64,000 bases of DNA from a virus. Its lineage: Duplodnaviria > Caudoviricetes. The DNA lies in the IMG/VR virus record IMGVR_UViG_3300013901_000008, positions 32,001-96,000 of that record; one strand, given 5' to 3'. Below are positions 1-9,726 of the stretch, piece after piece. Made by a program: the position numbers and the translations under genes. A model generated the notes under the pieces. The model saw nothing but the letters and a program-made list of their open reading frames with translations, was not told where the DNA came from and did not search any database. Positions within the stretch are counted from its first letter, which is position 1. Every line of letters starts with the position of its first letter.

Positions 1-2
1 CT

Positions 3-341
3 CGCGGTCAGCAAGACCCAGACGTTTTTGGTTATGTTTGTGTCAGAGTCAACTTGTGCAGCGAAGACAAGGATGATATTATATTCCATTTCATGTTGAC
101 GAGAGCACTTTACGGTCGTATGCTTTATGTAATTGACGATAAATGCGAGCATCTTTGCAGCGAACGAACGGCTAATTTCGCCAACATCATCGCTCCATAT
201 TACAATACTCCGCCGCTTGCTGACTACGTTTTTGCCATGGCGACAAAGAAAGAGGTGGCGGAATTGGACGACATTCTCCGTCAGGTAGGTTATGAGTTTA
301 AGGACTACGAAATGCAAAAGATAGATTGGAACAAAGAATAA
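3..341 (+). CDS. hypothetical phage protein, 5'-truncated by window edge
   Basis: Frame is open from position 3 to TAA at 341; the ORF track starts at an internal TTG (54). Confidence 0.6.
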   Translation, partial: RGQQDPDVFGYVCVRVNLCSEDKDDIIFHFMLTRALYGRMLYVIDDKCEHLCSERTANFANIIAPYYNTPPLADYVFAMATKKEVAELDDILRQVGYEFKDYEMQKIDWNKE

Positions 342-540
342 GCAAACTTCCACCTCTTCGCCAAGGCGCAACAGTCATCCTAACGATAAGGGATTTGATA
401 AACATATACAAGACGGCGCAGTTATTAGTAAAGTACAGCGATCCGTTTTACCCGAAAGATAAATAATAATTCGCTTAACTAACGAATCAATAGGAAAAAT
501 AAATAAACAACAAGTTAAATAAACAAACAACAAGAAGTCT

Positions 541-972
541 ATGGAAGAAGAAGAAATTTTGACCCTCCATCTCACCGATGAATGGTACCAGAAGGTAGCC
601 AGTGGCGAGAAGACGGAGGAGTATCGGGAAATCTCTCTCTATTGGACCAGGCGACTCCTTTCCGATGAAGCCTACAATCGAGAGGATGTAATCAGAGTGG
701 TGAAGTCTCGATGCAAGCAAGATTACTTCATGCTTGGCTACCTTTGTGGCGGTCCCTATTCTACGGAAGAGGAAAAGAAAGATAGATGGGAGCGCAAGCT
801 GAAGCCATTCAAGAAAGTTCGCTTCGTTCTCGGTTATCCCAAGGACAACGAGCCTTGCATCATCAAGGAGATAGACGACATCACCGTCGATAAGCCCAAG
901 TCAGGCATGTGCCCTGACGAGTGGCTGGATAAGTATATGTATGTAATAAGATTCAAAAATAATGTGCTATAA
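541..972 (+). CDS. ASCH/PUA-like domain protein
   Basis: LHLTDEWYQKVASGEKTEEYRE...YWTRRL and V.F.LGY motifs typical of phage ASCH-like proteins. Confidence 0.65.
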   Translation: MEEEEILTLHLTDEWYQKVASGEKTEEYREISLYWTRRLLSDEAYNREDVIRVVKSRCKQDYFMLGYLCGGPYSTEEEKKDRWERKLKPFKKVRFVLGYPKDNEPCIIKEIDDITVDKPKSGMCPDEWLDKYMYVIRFKNNVL

Positions 973-1354
973 AAGTCTTTATTATCCAGTTGAAATCTTT
1001 CAGCGTTTTTGTGGTTGCGAAGTAATATATAAAGATTGCTACATAGGTGCGTTTTTAGTGGGTTTCACGAAAGATTGCAAATATTTCATTGTAGGTTTTG
1101 AGGATTACACTGGCTGTATTGCATCTTTTACCCCTAATCATAATATCGTATTACGCAATGGACTTATAGAGCGATATAAAAGTTTTCGTTTTGTAAAGGC
1201 GAAGCACCTCAAAATTGCTATGACGAATGGAGCCATTTTCGATGCAGGCAAGCTTACGGAGATACGTAACCCTTTCGCGCCGTTAAAGTATTTTTTCAAA
1301 ACAATATTTGTAGGATTATGGAAAATCATAAAAGAATTTACAAAGACGAAATAG
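962..1354 (+). CDS. hypothetical protein
   Basis: 130-aa ORF overlapping its neighbours in a co-oriented operon. Confidence 0.6.
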   Translation: MCYKSLYYPVEIFQRFCGCEVIYKDCYIGAFLVGFTKDCKYFIVGFEDYTGCIASFTPNHNIVLRNGLIERYKSFRFVKAKHLKIAMTNGAIFDAGKLTEIRNPFAPLKYFFKTIFVGLWKIIKEFTKTK

Positions 1355-1956
1355 GAGCCGATAAAACCCATATTCATCTGATGGTAAACTTAAAATGCAC
1401 TAACAAGTGCCGCGACTGCTGCAATCTCCAGTACGACCTGACTTCCGTACCCGTGGTGGCAGTCGAAGAGTTGAAGCAAGCCGATACCGTCATGATAACA
1501 GGTGGAGAGCCTTTTGCGATGAAAGGCTTGTTAGGGTTTCTTCGCAGTTTGCGTCATCAATACAAAAATATTCGTCGATTATACGTTTATACATCCGGTG
1601 CAGCGATGTATCTCACTAAAGACTATTGGATGTCAAAAGAGTTCGCTATACTGGTGGATGGCATCAATTTTTCCCCAAAGGGCTACTTCGATGAATATTG
1701 CATTCGTGATTTATTCAGCAATCGTACGTTTTGTGGCTACATGAAGGATATTCCAGAGAATAGATTTATCCTTATCGATTATTTTGGAAAGCAAACCAAC
1801 GATGATGAATTTATCAAAAGCTTGCATCTCGAAAATGCGTGTTATGCCCAAAGTAACCTTTGTAAGCAATACAAGATAGAGCAGCGCAAGTTTCAGCAAG
1901 AGTTTCAGCCTAACGGCGGTGTGTGGCGCAGATTGCCGATATTTATGGATAATTAA
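1318..1956 (+). CDS. radical SAM protein (activase-like, short)
   Basis: CxxxCxxC (CTNKCRDC) and ITGGEPF motif. Confidence 0.85.
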   Translation: MENHKRIYKDEIGADKTHIHLMVNLKCTNKCRDCCNLQYDLTSVPVVAVEELKQADTVMITGGEPFAMKGLLGFLRSLRHQYKNIRRLYVYTSGAAMYLTKDYWMSKEFAILVDGINFSPKGYFDEYCIRDLFSNRTFCGYMKDIPENRFILIDYFGKQTNDDEFIKSLHLENACYAQSNLCKQYKIEQRKFQQEFQPNGGVWRRLPIFMDN

Positions 1957-1983
1957 TTTAATGTTAAAAGGATTTATAGAGTT

Positions 1984-2631
1984 ATGATAAAACGAATAAA
2001 ATTTTTGATAGCGGGCTATATCGTATTGCTTGATACCGAGACAAGCATGATAGCCTACATCATGCAGCCATGGAACAAGAAGCCGCTGCAATGGATGAAG
2101 CCTACCCATTTGGCTTACGGATGCAGTTCTTGCGATTGCCGAGCTTGTCGTGATGGTTATAATAAGGATTACGGTCCATGCGGTAGATTGCTTAATGAAG
2201 AGTTCTCTTTTCTTCCTTATGACTTGAATTGTTTCCATATCATAAGAGACGAACACATCATTGCAGAGCTAAACAAAAAGGCAGCGCGGTTAGACCTAAA
2301 TGTTATTGACGTGTATTTGGATGATAGCCCACAATATGATGAAACATATTGTTCCTGGAAGCAGGCTTTGCAAGACTTATGCGATAAAAAGGGTTACACC
2401 TTGTATCATCATCAGCTCGATGGTACATCTTATCAAATTCACGCTGGAGGTATATCGGTAAATGGTTATCTAAGTCTTGCACCGAATAGGAATATCTCAG
2501 ACTTGAAGAGTATGATGTACGCCTATCTCTATTTTGCTCTTTTGAATAGTCCAAATTATCGTCAGCGCATGGATACTTTCTATAATTTTCAATGTCTGGA
2601 GCTAAAAGAGGATAAGCGCAAGAAGTATTAA
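1984..2631 (+). CDS. hypothetical protein with Cys cluster (CSSCDCRAC), flanked by 30-bp direct repeats
   Basis: 215-aa ORF; identical 30-mers at 1967-1996 and 2641-2670. Confidence 0.65.
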   Translation: MIKRIKFLIAGYIVLLDTETSMIAYIMQPWNKKPLQWMKPTHLAYGCSSCDCRACRDGYNKDYGPCGRLLNEEFSFLPYDLNCFHIIRDEHIIAELNKKAARLDLNVIDVYLDDSPQYDETYCSWKQALQDLCDKKGYTLYHHQLDGTSYQIHAGGISVNGYLSLAPNRNISDLKSMMYAYLYFALLNSPNYRQRMDTFYNFQCLELKEDKRKKY

Positions 2632-2657
2632 TTTTTGATTAAAGGATTTATAGAGTT

Positions 2658-3386
2658 ATGATAAAACGAACTTCACCCCCTCTCATCGCCAAGGACGACG
2701 TATCGGAACTCCTCTTGCAGCAGCACTTACGTACCTACAAGAGCAACCCGAAGTACATCGCCGAGAACCTATACGTTTTCGGCTGGGAGAGCGATATGCT
2801 CATCAAGACCCGCAGCGGGTATTGGTATGAGATGGAATGCAAGATTTCCTTTGCCGACTTCGAGAAGGACTTCACTTCCAAGTGGCAGAAGCACGAGTTG
2901 TTGCGCACAGGCAAGTGGTACAATTCTACGTTCCTTCGCCGTGAGACCGATGCCGATGCACTCGAAAAGTACGAAGACTACCCTGGCTACCACATCGAGC
3001 CAACCAAGGGAGGCTGGAACGTCTTCATCAAGGCACAGTCGCCTACAAATAGCAAGGCACGCCGACCCAACTACTTTTCCTATTGCGTACCATGGTACCT
3101 TAGTGGAAAAGTACTTCCGCACATTCCCCCTTACGCTGGCTTGATAGTGTTGATGGAGGACGGCAGATTGAACGAAATCAAGAAGCCGCCGATGTTGCAT
3201 GACAACAAGTACACCGACGAGGAACTGAAGCTTTGCGACAAGTTTTATTACAACTGGCGCAACCGAGTGAACATCATGGAGCGCAATGCGCCCGATGAGC
3301 AAATTAAGAAACTAAGGCAGCAAGTCGCCTTCCTGAAAGCAGAATACAAAGCCGTGGCAGGGTGCGACATCAAAGATGCTTTCTAA
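2658..3386 (+). CDS. PD-(D/E)XK nuclease-fold protein (MmcB-like)
   Basis: WESDML...YEMECKISFADFEKD and RPNYFSYCVP motifs. Confidence 0.65.
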   Translation: MIKRTSPPLIAKDDVSELLLQQHLRTYKSNPKYIAENLYVFGWESDMLIKTRSGYWYEMECKISFADFEKDFTSKWQKHELLRTGKWYNSTFLRRETDADALEKYEDYPGYHIEPTKGGWNVFIKAQSPTNSKARRPNYFSYCVPWYLSGKVLPHIPPYAGLIVLMEDGRLNEIKKPPMLHDNKYTDEELKLCDKFYYNWRNRVNIMERNAPDEQIKKLRQQVAFLKAEYKAVAGCDIKDAF

Positions 3387-3398
3387 AGTGTTGGCACA

Positions 3399-3614
3399 AT
3401 GAAGAAAGCCACTATTTACATCGTTACGGTAAAGGGGAGTAAAATCCCCTTCCGTATCACACCAAGGAAAGCTACGGTGGATAACATCACTGCCACCTAT
3501 CCCGGCAAGGATTTCGATGTACAGAAAAAAGCCATGGAGGATTGGAGGCTGTCGAACCTACTGATAGAGTTTCCTTGGTCGTTCGACAAAGAAGAGTTCA
3601 GAAACTTATATTGA
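3399..3614 (+). CDS. hypothetical protein
   Basis: 71-aa ORF in operon context. Confidence 0.55.
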   Translation: MKKATIYIVTVKGSKIPFRITPRKATVDNITATYPGKDFDVQKKAMEDWRLSNLLIEFPWSFDKEEFRNLY

Positions 3615-3635
3615 TTCGTGTAAATTCATATAGCT

Positions 3636-4613
3636 ATGGAGCAAAATCATCAAGATATAACTGCAAAGAATAAACAGCCTATTAATGGCACCCTCATTTA
3701 TCAGCCCAAGGGACCAGCAGGCGAATATGCCAAGTGGGCGATAAACCTATGCAATGGTTGCAGCAATGGGTGTGAGTATTGTTATAACCGAAGAGGCGTG
3801 TTGAGTCATGCCTTTGGCGATGAGCCAAAGCTGGCGGCACCTATCAAGGAATTGAAAGAAAAGTTGGTACGTTCCTACGTCAAGACTAACCAGCTAACCA
3901 GTAATCAGATTAAGAAGCACTGGGATTGGATGGAGCAAGAGTCTATTTACGAGGCTCTCGCTCAGATTTTCGAGAAGGACGTAAACAAGATAGGCTTAGA
4001 AAGACTTCGCAAGGAAGGAATATTTCTGTCGTTCAAGTGTGATCCTTTCGAGCCAAGCACCACTGCTGTCACCACCAAGGCTCTGACACTGCTGATATAT
4101 TATTTCAAGATTCCTGTTACCATTCTTACCAAGAACACCGCTTGGCTTGATGATGAAGATAGCGAGATATATACAACAAGCATGAGGAGTAGCAACCTCC
4201 TTACCATCGGCTTCACCATCACAGGCATGGACGAGATGGAGGGTAAGGCTCCATCTACAGCCGAGCGCATCAATGCCCTGGAACGAGTGAGAGCCTTGGG
4301 CTATAAGACCTTTGTTTCCATGGAGCCTATCGTTAAGTTCTGTCGTGCTAAGGACGTATTGATGGATGTGATGGGCGAGACCGACGAGATACGCCTGGGC
4401 TTGCAGTCGCCATTCAAGAAGGATAGGTACGAGCCTGATGAGTTGATAGAGTTCTTGCAGTACTTGGTGGCAGCTTCGAGAGCCACACCAGAAACCGAGG
4501 TGGTACTGAAGAAGAGTTTCTTCGATGAGCGATTATACAGACAGATACCAGCCTACCTGCACGATGACTATATGCAGTTGGTGAACGAGTTGAAATGTAA
4601 TGAACCTTTGTAA
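3636..4613 (+). CDS. radical SAM protein (SplB-like fold)
   Basis: GCSNGCEYCY, FLSFKCDPF, ILTK and TFVSMEP motifs. Confidence 0.85.
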   Translation: MEQNHQDITAKNKQPINGTLIYQPKGPAGEYAKWAINLCNGCSNGCEYCYNRRGVLSHAFGDEPKLAAPIKELKEKLVRSYVKTNQLTSNQIKKHWDWMEQESIYEALAQIFEKDVNKIGLERLRKEGIFLSFKCDPFEPSTTAVTTKALTLLIYYFKIPVTILTKNTAWLDDEDSEIYTTSMRSSNLLTIGFTITGMDEMEGKAPSTAERINALERVRALGYKTFVSMEPIVKFCRAKDVLMDVMGETDEIRLGLQSPFKKDRYEPDELIEFLQYLVAASRATPETEVVLKKSFFDERLYRQIPAYLHDDYMQLVNELKCNEPL

Positions 4614-4658
4614 GAGTAAAAAGGCAAAAAGGTAAAAAAGTAAAAGAGTAAAAAGACA

Positions 4659-4974
4659 ATGCCACAATACAAGCGAGGTACCATCGTCAAGAATGGCAAG
4701 CGATACGGCTTCTATCCCGATGGTACATTATATAGAATATACGACACATCACTACCATTCCTTCAGATGGTGAGCGATGCCGCATCGGGCGATACCTTCC
4801 TTCGCATTCGCCAAGCCACGGAACAGGGTTACACCGATTGTCCCGTGGGTGGCGTTTGCGACCTCGCCTATCCTACGTCGGCGATACGTCGAAGTAGAAC
4901 AATCGGGGGGGGGTAGGCTCGCCAATGCCCTTACAAGCCAAGGGCAGCAGCTATGCGTGTTCGTAGAGTTGTAG
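4659..4974 (+). CDS. stand-alone C5-methyltransferase TRD-like module, frameshifted at G9 (4905-4913)
   Basis: IRQATEQGYTDCPVGGVCDLAYPTSAIRRSRTIGGG stops at 4916. Removing one G continues it as RLANALTSQGQQLCVFVEL to 4974. Confidence 0.6.
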
Positions 4975-5082
4975 AGAATAATAAGTAAGAAAGCAAAAAG
5001 ATGATTCTTCATTTTGTACTGTATGTTTTTCTCGGCGGAGAAAAAATCTCTAATTGTTTGAAAGGTTAATTATCAAAAACAA

Positions 5083-5117
5083 GAAGGGCAGGACGTTGTG
5101 ATAACGTTCTGCCCTTC
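5083..5117. terminator. probable bidirectional terminator hairpin
   Basis: GAAGGGCAGGACGTT-GTGAT-AACGTTCTGCCCTTC between convergent operons. Confidence 0.65.
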
Positions 5118-5195
5118 GCATTTCTCTATCATTTTCCCAATGATGGGAAATGATAGCCTAATTTCATTTTGCTAACGTCGGCAAAATGGTGGCTA

Positions 5196-6106
5196 TCAGT
5201 TGAACCATTTCACAATGGTGTCGCCCTTGTAACCTTTCTCCCATACGAACCAAGCGTAAGCGGCTGCACTACCCTGCAAAGCGTTGAAGTCGCCATTAGG
5301 CGCACATTTCAAGCGGCTGCTTGATACCCAAACCCTTGAGGGGGGGTAGTGTTAAACAGATGTCTTCTACCCTTACCCTCTAAGAAAGTAAGCTTCAAAA
5401 ACATCGCTACCTTATGCCCATCTGGAATAATCGCCAAAGACTTCTCTACAAACTCTTTGGCATATTTGTATGGCGGATTGGTAACAATATCGCCGTTCCA
5501 CGAGAGGTTGTCTATCGCCAAGAAGTCTATGCCTCCATCGCCGTAACCTCTATCTACCAAGTCTCGACTCTCTACCTCGTAGCCATTCTTCAGCAAGACC
5601 TTACTGATATGACCCTCGCCGCACGATGGCTCCAATATCGGACCATCGAATTTCTCAATCTTGCATAGCCACTCCGTAGCCGCAGGCTCCGTGGCATAAT
5701 AGTCTTCACGCTGGCGGTCGGTATCGGTATGATTACTTGCGCCTAATGTTTTAAAGACGGAAGCAGTCCCGCCTACCCAATCTTTTTTGTTATCCATATT
5801 ATTATTGTTATTTGAAATGTTATCCCCATCGGTTTCTTCACTCTCGGCAGAAACATTGATTTGACGGTTTATCCACTCTATGATGTCTTCATCAGCATCC
5901 TCGGCCAACTCGTTTAGCGTAACGTAGCCATACGCGTCTTCCATCGGATCATCCTCTGTCACCATATAGCTGATTTGGGAATCCTTAAATCCTAAGGCAT
6001 ATAGGATAGCTTCTATATCGTCATTCTGCAAATTCTTAGTCGCATTATCCTCGTCGTTGATAATTGTGACAGTTCCACTACTGTAATCTAAAATTGAAAT
6101 ATACAT
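5196..6106 (-). CDS. phage adenine-specific DNA methyltransferase (likely internal start at 5797), frameshifted at a C7 tract; in-frame N-terminal small protein
   Basis: DYYATEP, ILEPSCGEGHIS and IVTNPPY motifs. The conserved C-terminus SRVWVSSSRLKCAPNGDF...AYAWFVWEKGYKGDTIVKWFN lies in the -1 frame and ends at 5196. Confidence 0.8.
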
Positions 6107-6128
6107 ATCTTTCTATCTTTTTAAAAAG

Positions 6129-8129
6129 TTACACATTCCTTCCATCCGGCAACACAAACCAACCGATATTTCCTCGCCAATACTTGCAGCCAAGGAAGAG
6201 GCTATCGAAGGCATCGGTGAAATCCGTTCTCTGCTGCAATGGCAAGTTATCCTCCGTCTCGGCTTTCTTCTCCTGACTTTTATCCTTACGGAAGCCCTGG
6301 TAGCCGATACTCACCTCGCAAAGTTGGAGGGCGATGATGAGGTCTGGATTTTGCGTTTGATTGATACGGATGGCAGGATATTCGATACCAGCCAAGGCAT
6401 CGTTGATGATGCGATGCTTAATCTCGTGCTTCTCCGGCACACCCATATCTATCGCAACCACGTTCCAACCATTGCGCTCCAACTCTTTTATTACCGCCAT
6501 GTAGAAACGCTCATCGGTCAAGGCGTAACTGGCACCCTGCTTTGCCGTGGCATCGTAGAAATACGTCACGTCTCGGTTGATGGCTCGCTTTGGTGCGTAA
6601 TAATGAGAGAAATCGGAAATCAGCTCCCGAAGTTTTCGCTCATTCTTCACATAAAAACTCTTGATAACATTCACTGCCTGCACGCCGTCTCGCTCATATA
6701 CTTCCCCTACCACGAGCGTATTGATATTGGCATTGTAATCGAGGGCTATGTAGAGAGGCAAGTCCATGATGCAGTCGGCATCCATGCGGCAATCGTTTCT
6801 TTCAGCCAACTCCTGGAAGTCGGGCTGATAACTTTCGGCGGTTACTTTCTTGCCGTCGATGATGCCCGTAGCCTTGGTGGTCTTGAAGTTGGCATTGGAT
6901 AGAGGGTCTATCTCGTCGGGTATGTAACCATGTACGTGCTCGATGTCGAGGTTGGAATAAAAGCCATCGTTCGACTTCTTGATTTTCACGTTCAGAATTG
7001 AAATAGCGAAGGTCGCCGCAGGCAAATCTCTTTTCATTTGGCGGATGTAACTCTCACCCAAAACGTCCACATTATCGAGGGTAGAGGCACGGCGAACCAG
7101 GAAGGCGACACGGCGTAGCTCCCTCAAATATCCATCGTGGAACTTCTTGGAACGGTCGAACATCTGCATCTCAAAGTATTGGTCGGGAGTCATTAGATAC
7201 TCGTAATCGAAGATGCACTCCGCATCCTCGGCAGAGACGAGCTTGTAATTTACCGCCATATCCACCATATTCTTGGTAAGCTTATCACCATGGTTCGGCA
7301 GAATCTTAAACTGTCCCTCATGGCGAATCATCTTGAGAGCCACGGCACGATATATCTGCCTTTGCTCCGGTTGCACCACACGAGGCGTGTGCCCAGTCTT
7401 CTTGGCATTGTAAAATAGGTCGTTGTAAAAGATAATCTTGTCGGCATACTCCTCCAGTTGCTCCTGCACCCATCGGTAAGTCTTGCCTTTGAACATACCC
7501 GTCTCCACCATAAGGTCAAGCTTCTCTTCCTCTCGTTCCAGCCAACTGCCCTTGGTGGTGAGCGAGGCATCGCTGAGGAATCGGGTGGATTTGTAGAGCG
7601 GATTGTAATCGGTGAATGCGATGTTGCCCAAGGGGTGAGTCTGACCGGATAGGGCAGGCATCAATTCATCGGTTACTTTCTTATAAGGGAAGAATCGCGC
7701 CTCGTCGCCTACCATCGCCGAGAAAGTATAAGAGTTGGCGGAAGCAGTCTGCGAGAGGGAAATCAGCACCCATTGTGCGCCATTGGCAAACCAGATGATA
7801 TTGTCGTAGCTCTTCGGCTTGAAGATACTTTCCTTAACGTGTTTGGGTGGTCGCCCCCAGCCGAAGTGAACGCCTTGGGTGAAGCCAAACATTCGCTCCA
7901 TCGCCGACATGGTACCAGGGATGGTCTTGCCGAAACCCTGTTGGCGAGATACGGCTACCCAGGCTCCCAACATACCAGGCATCGAGTTGGATGCCATCCA
8001 AACGTAGGGAGCCACCAATCCGTCGGTCTTACCCAGACGGCGGGCAGCGATAACTCGCTCGTCCTTGGCAGCCATGTAGAGCGACTGCTGCTGGAACTTG
8101 TTGAGATATATTTGATGTGGTTGTAGCAT
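6129..8129 (-). CDS. terL: terminase large subunit
   Basis: Walker A AARRLGKT, Walker B MVGDEAR, RNase H-like IALDYNAN and C-terminal TDFTDAFDSL. Confidence 0.88.
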   Translation of the reverse strand: MLQPHQIYLNKFQQQSLYMAAKDERVIAARRLGKTDGLVAPYVWMASNSMPGMLGAWVAVSRQQGFGKTIPGTMSAMERMFGFTQGVHFGWGRPPKHVKESIFKPKSYDNIIWFANGAQWVLISLSQTASANSYTFSAMVGDEARFFPYKKVTDELMPALSGQTHPLGNIAFTDYNPLYKSTRFLSDASLTTKGSWLEREEEKLDLMVETGMFKGKTYRWVQEQLEEYADKIIFYNDLFYNAKKTGHTPRVVQPEQRQIYRAVALKMIRHEGQFKILPNHGDKLTKNMVDMAVNYKLVSAEDAECIFDYEYLMTPDQYFEMQMFDRSKKFHDGYLRELRRVAFLVRRASTLDNVDVLGESYIRQMKRDLPAATFAISILNVKIKKSNDGFYSNLDIEHVHGYIPDEIDPLSNANFKTTKATGIIDGKKVTAESYQPDFQELAERNDCRMDADCIMDLPLYIALDYNANINTLVVGEVYERDGVQAVNVIKSFYVKNERKLRELISDFSHYYAPKRAINRDVTYFYDATAKQGASYALTDERFYMAVIKELERNGWNVVAIDMGVPEKHEIKHRIINDALAGIEYPAIRINQTQNPDLIIALQLCEVSIGYQGFRKDKSQEKKAETEDNLPLQQRTDFTDAFDSLFLGCKYWRGNIGWFVLPDGRNV

Positions 8130-8188
8130 TTGAGTCTTGCAATGTTAAATGTTAAGTGTTATCCTGAATACAAATCCTTTTGAGAAAG

Positions 8189-8455
8189 CTAATCGAAATC
8201 CCCATTTATCAATTTATGGGCAGCTGTCTCTGCGTCGCTAACGGCGATTTGAGCCGTGTCGATGATGGTTTGAAGAACATCATCCGATACGCCCAAATCC
8301 TTTTGGATATTCTTGAATCGCTTTTCTATGGTAGTTTGTGCAACAGCATTCATATAATTTACGTAAGATTCACTAATCGCCTTACGTGGTTCCTTTACCC
8401 AGTCAAGGAAATCTTTCTTCCAGTCTTTCCAAGTTTTAATCCTAATTACAATCAT
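8189..8455 (-). CDS. hypothetical protein
   Basis: 88-aa ORF in the minus-strand operon. Confidence 0.6.
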   Translation of the reverse strand: MIVIRIKTWKDWKKDFLDWVKEPRKAISESYVNYMNAVAQTTIEKRFKNIQKDLGVSDDVLQTIIDTAQIAVSDAETAAHKLINGDFD

Positions 8456-8460
8456 AGTCC

Positions 8461-8784
8461 TTACATATTGAATTGTCGTTTCAGAAACTTATCGCCTTTT
8501 ATGAGGTTGACGATTTCCTCTTCAGTATGTTTGCCTTCCCAGAATAGTTCAGTATGGTCCATGCATCGCTTTTCATCAACAGAAAAAGGTACCCCGTAGT
8601 TAGTGTAAACCACTCCATGATGTGTGATGAGATGGCGACCTGGATTCTTTTGAATGTTATGAATCCACATCTCGTTATCGCATTCATACCATATAGAATA
8701 CTCCTCTGGTGTCAAAGTCTTATCCATACCTATTGGGGCATGACCCGAACCTCCGTTCGTTCCGAAATAAATAATTTTAGCCAT
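8461..8784 (-). CDS. hypothetical protein
   Basis: 107-aa ORF in the minus-strand operon. Confidence 0.65.
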   Translation of the reverse strand: MAKIIYFGTNGGSGHAPIGMDKTLTPEEYSIWYECDNEMWIHNIQKNPGRHLITHHGVVYTNYGVPFSVDEKRCMDHTELFWEGKHTEEEIVNLIKGDKFLKRQFNM

Positions 8785-8805
8785 AATCTTAATGTTTTGA
8801 AATCT

Positions 8806-9475
8806 TTAGAATAGGGTAGGCTGCATCATCTCCAATTCGATGCGCTTGCAAGCCTTGTCGTAATACTCCTTGTTTAGTTCAAACCCGATGAAGTTGCGCT
8901 TCTCCTTGATGCAAGCGATGGCAGTAGTGCCGCTGCCCAAAAATGGGTCTAAAACCGTATCGTTTTCATTAGTGCTTGCAAGAATCAGCTTACGAAACAG
9001 TTTAGTGGGCTTTTGTGTGGGGTGTATATTGCTATGTCCGCAAGGATAACGTAACACGGTATTCTTACAATGAAGGTTAAACACCCCCCCCCGTTTTCTT
9101 GCCATATACGCACAGCTCTACACCGCTTAACCAAATTTTATTGCCATTCATCGGCGAAGGGTTTGTCTTTTCCCAAACTATAACCCTCGTGCTAAGCTTA
9201 TACTCTTGCATCACGGAACGAATAGTAGAAAGTTGATTAATACCACAGAACATATAAATGCTACCTTTTGTTTTTCTGCAAAGGGTAGATGTTAATTCTT
9301 TTAGATTAAACAAACCTACATCCGCATATTCTTTATTTAAACTACGCAATCCATTATCTGGGCGATTACATTCGTTATAAGGAATATCCGTAAGTACGAG
9401 CGACACACTTGCATCGGGTATTCGCTTCATGCCCTCCAAGCAATCCTCATTATATACTTTATTCAGTTCTATCAT
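8806..9475 (-). CDS. N4/N6 DNA methyltransferase (beta class), split by a frameshift at G9 (9084-9092)
   Basis: N-half has DCLEGMK and LTDIPY; C-half has HPTQKP and VLDPFLGSGTT...FIGFE. A G8 tract would join the halves. Confidence 0.85.
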
Positions 9476-9726
9476 CTGTCTTTAAATGTTAATGTATTTT
9501 CGTGCCCGATATGCCATTTCTGGCAAACCTTGCACTGGTACGCCCGATACCCTTGCGCCACAATCTTAGGGTGCAACTGCAAGTATTCGCAGGCATCGTC
9601 CTCCGTCTCATAAGCCACCTTCGCCTTCCACCCATGCGGGCCTTTACGAGTCCAGTGTTCAGGATCGGGACGGAACGGCGGAATCTTATTATGGTAATGG
9701 TTGCTCTTTTTGCTCCTCATCGCCAT
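9472..9726 (-). CDS. small Zn-binding hypothetical protein
   Basis: AYQCKVCQKWHIG motif. Confidence 0.65.
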   Translation of the reverse strand: MAMRSKKSNHYHNKIPPFRPDPEHWTRKGPHGWKAKVAYETEDDACEYLQLHPKIVAQGYRAYQCKVCQKWHIGHENTLTFKDR

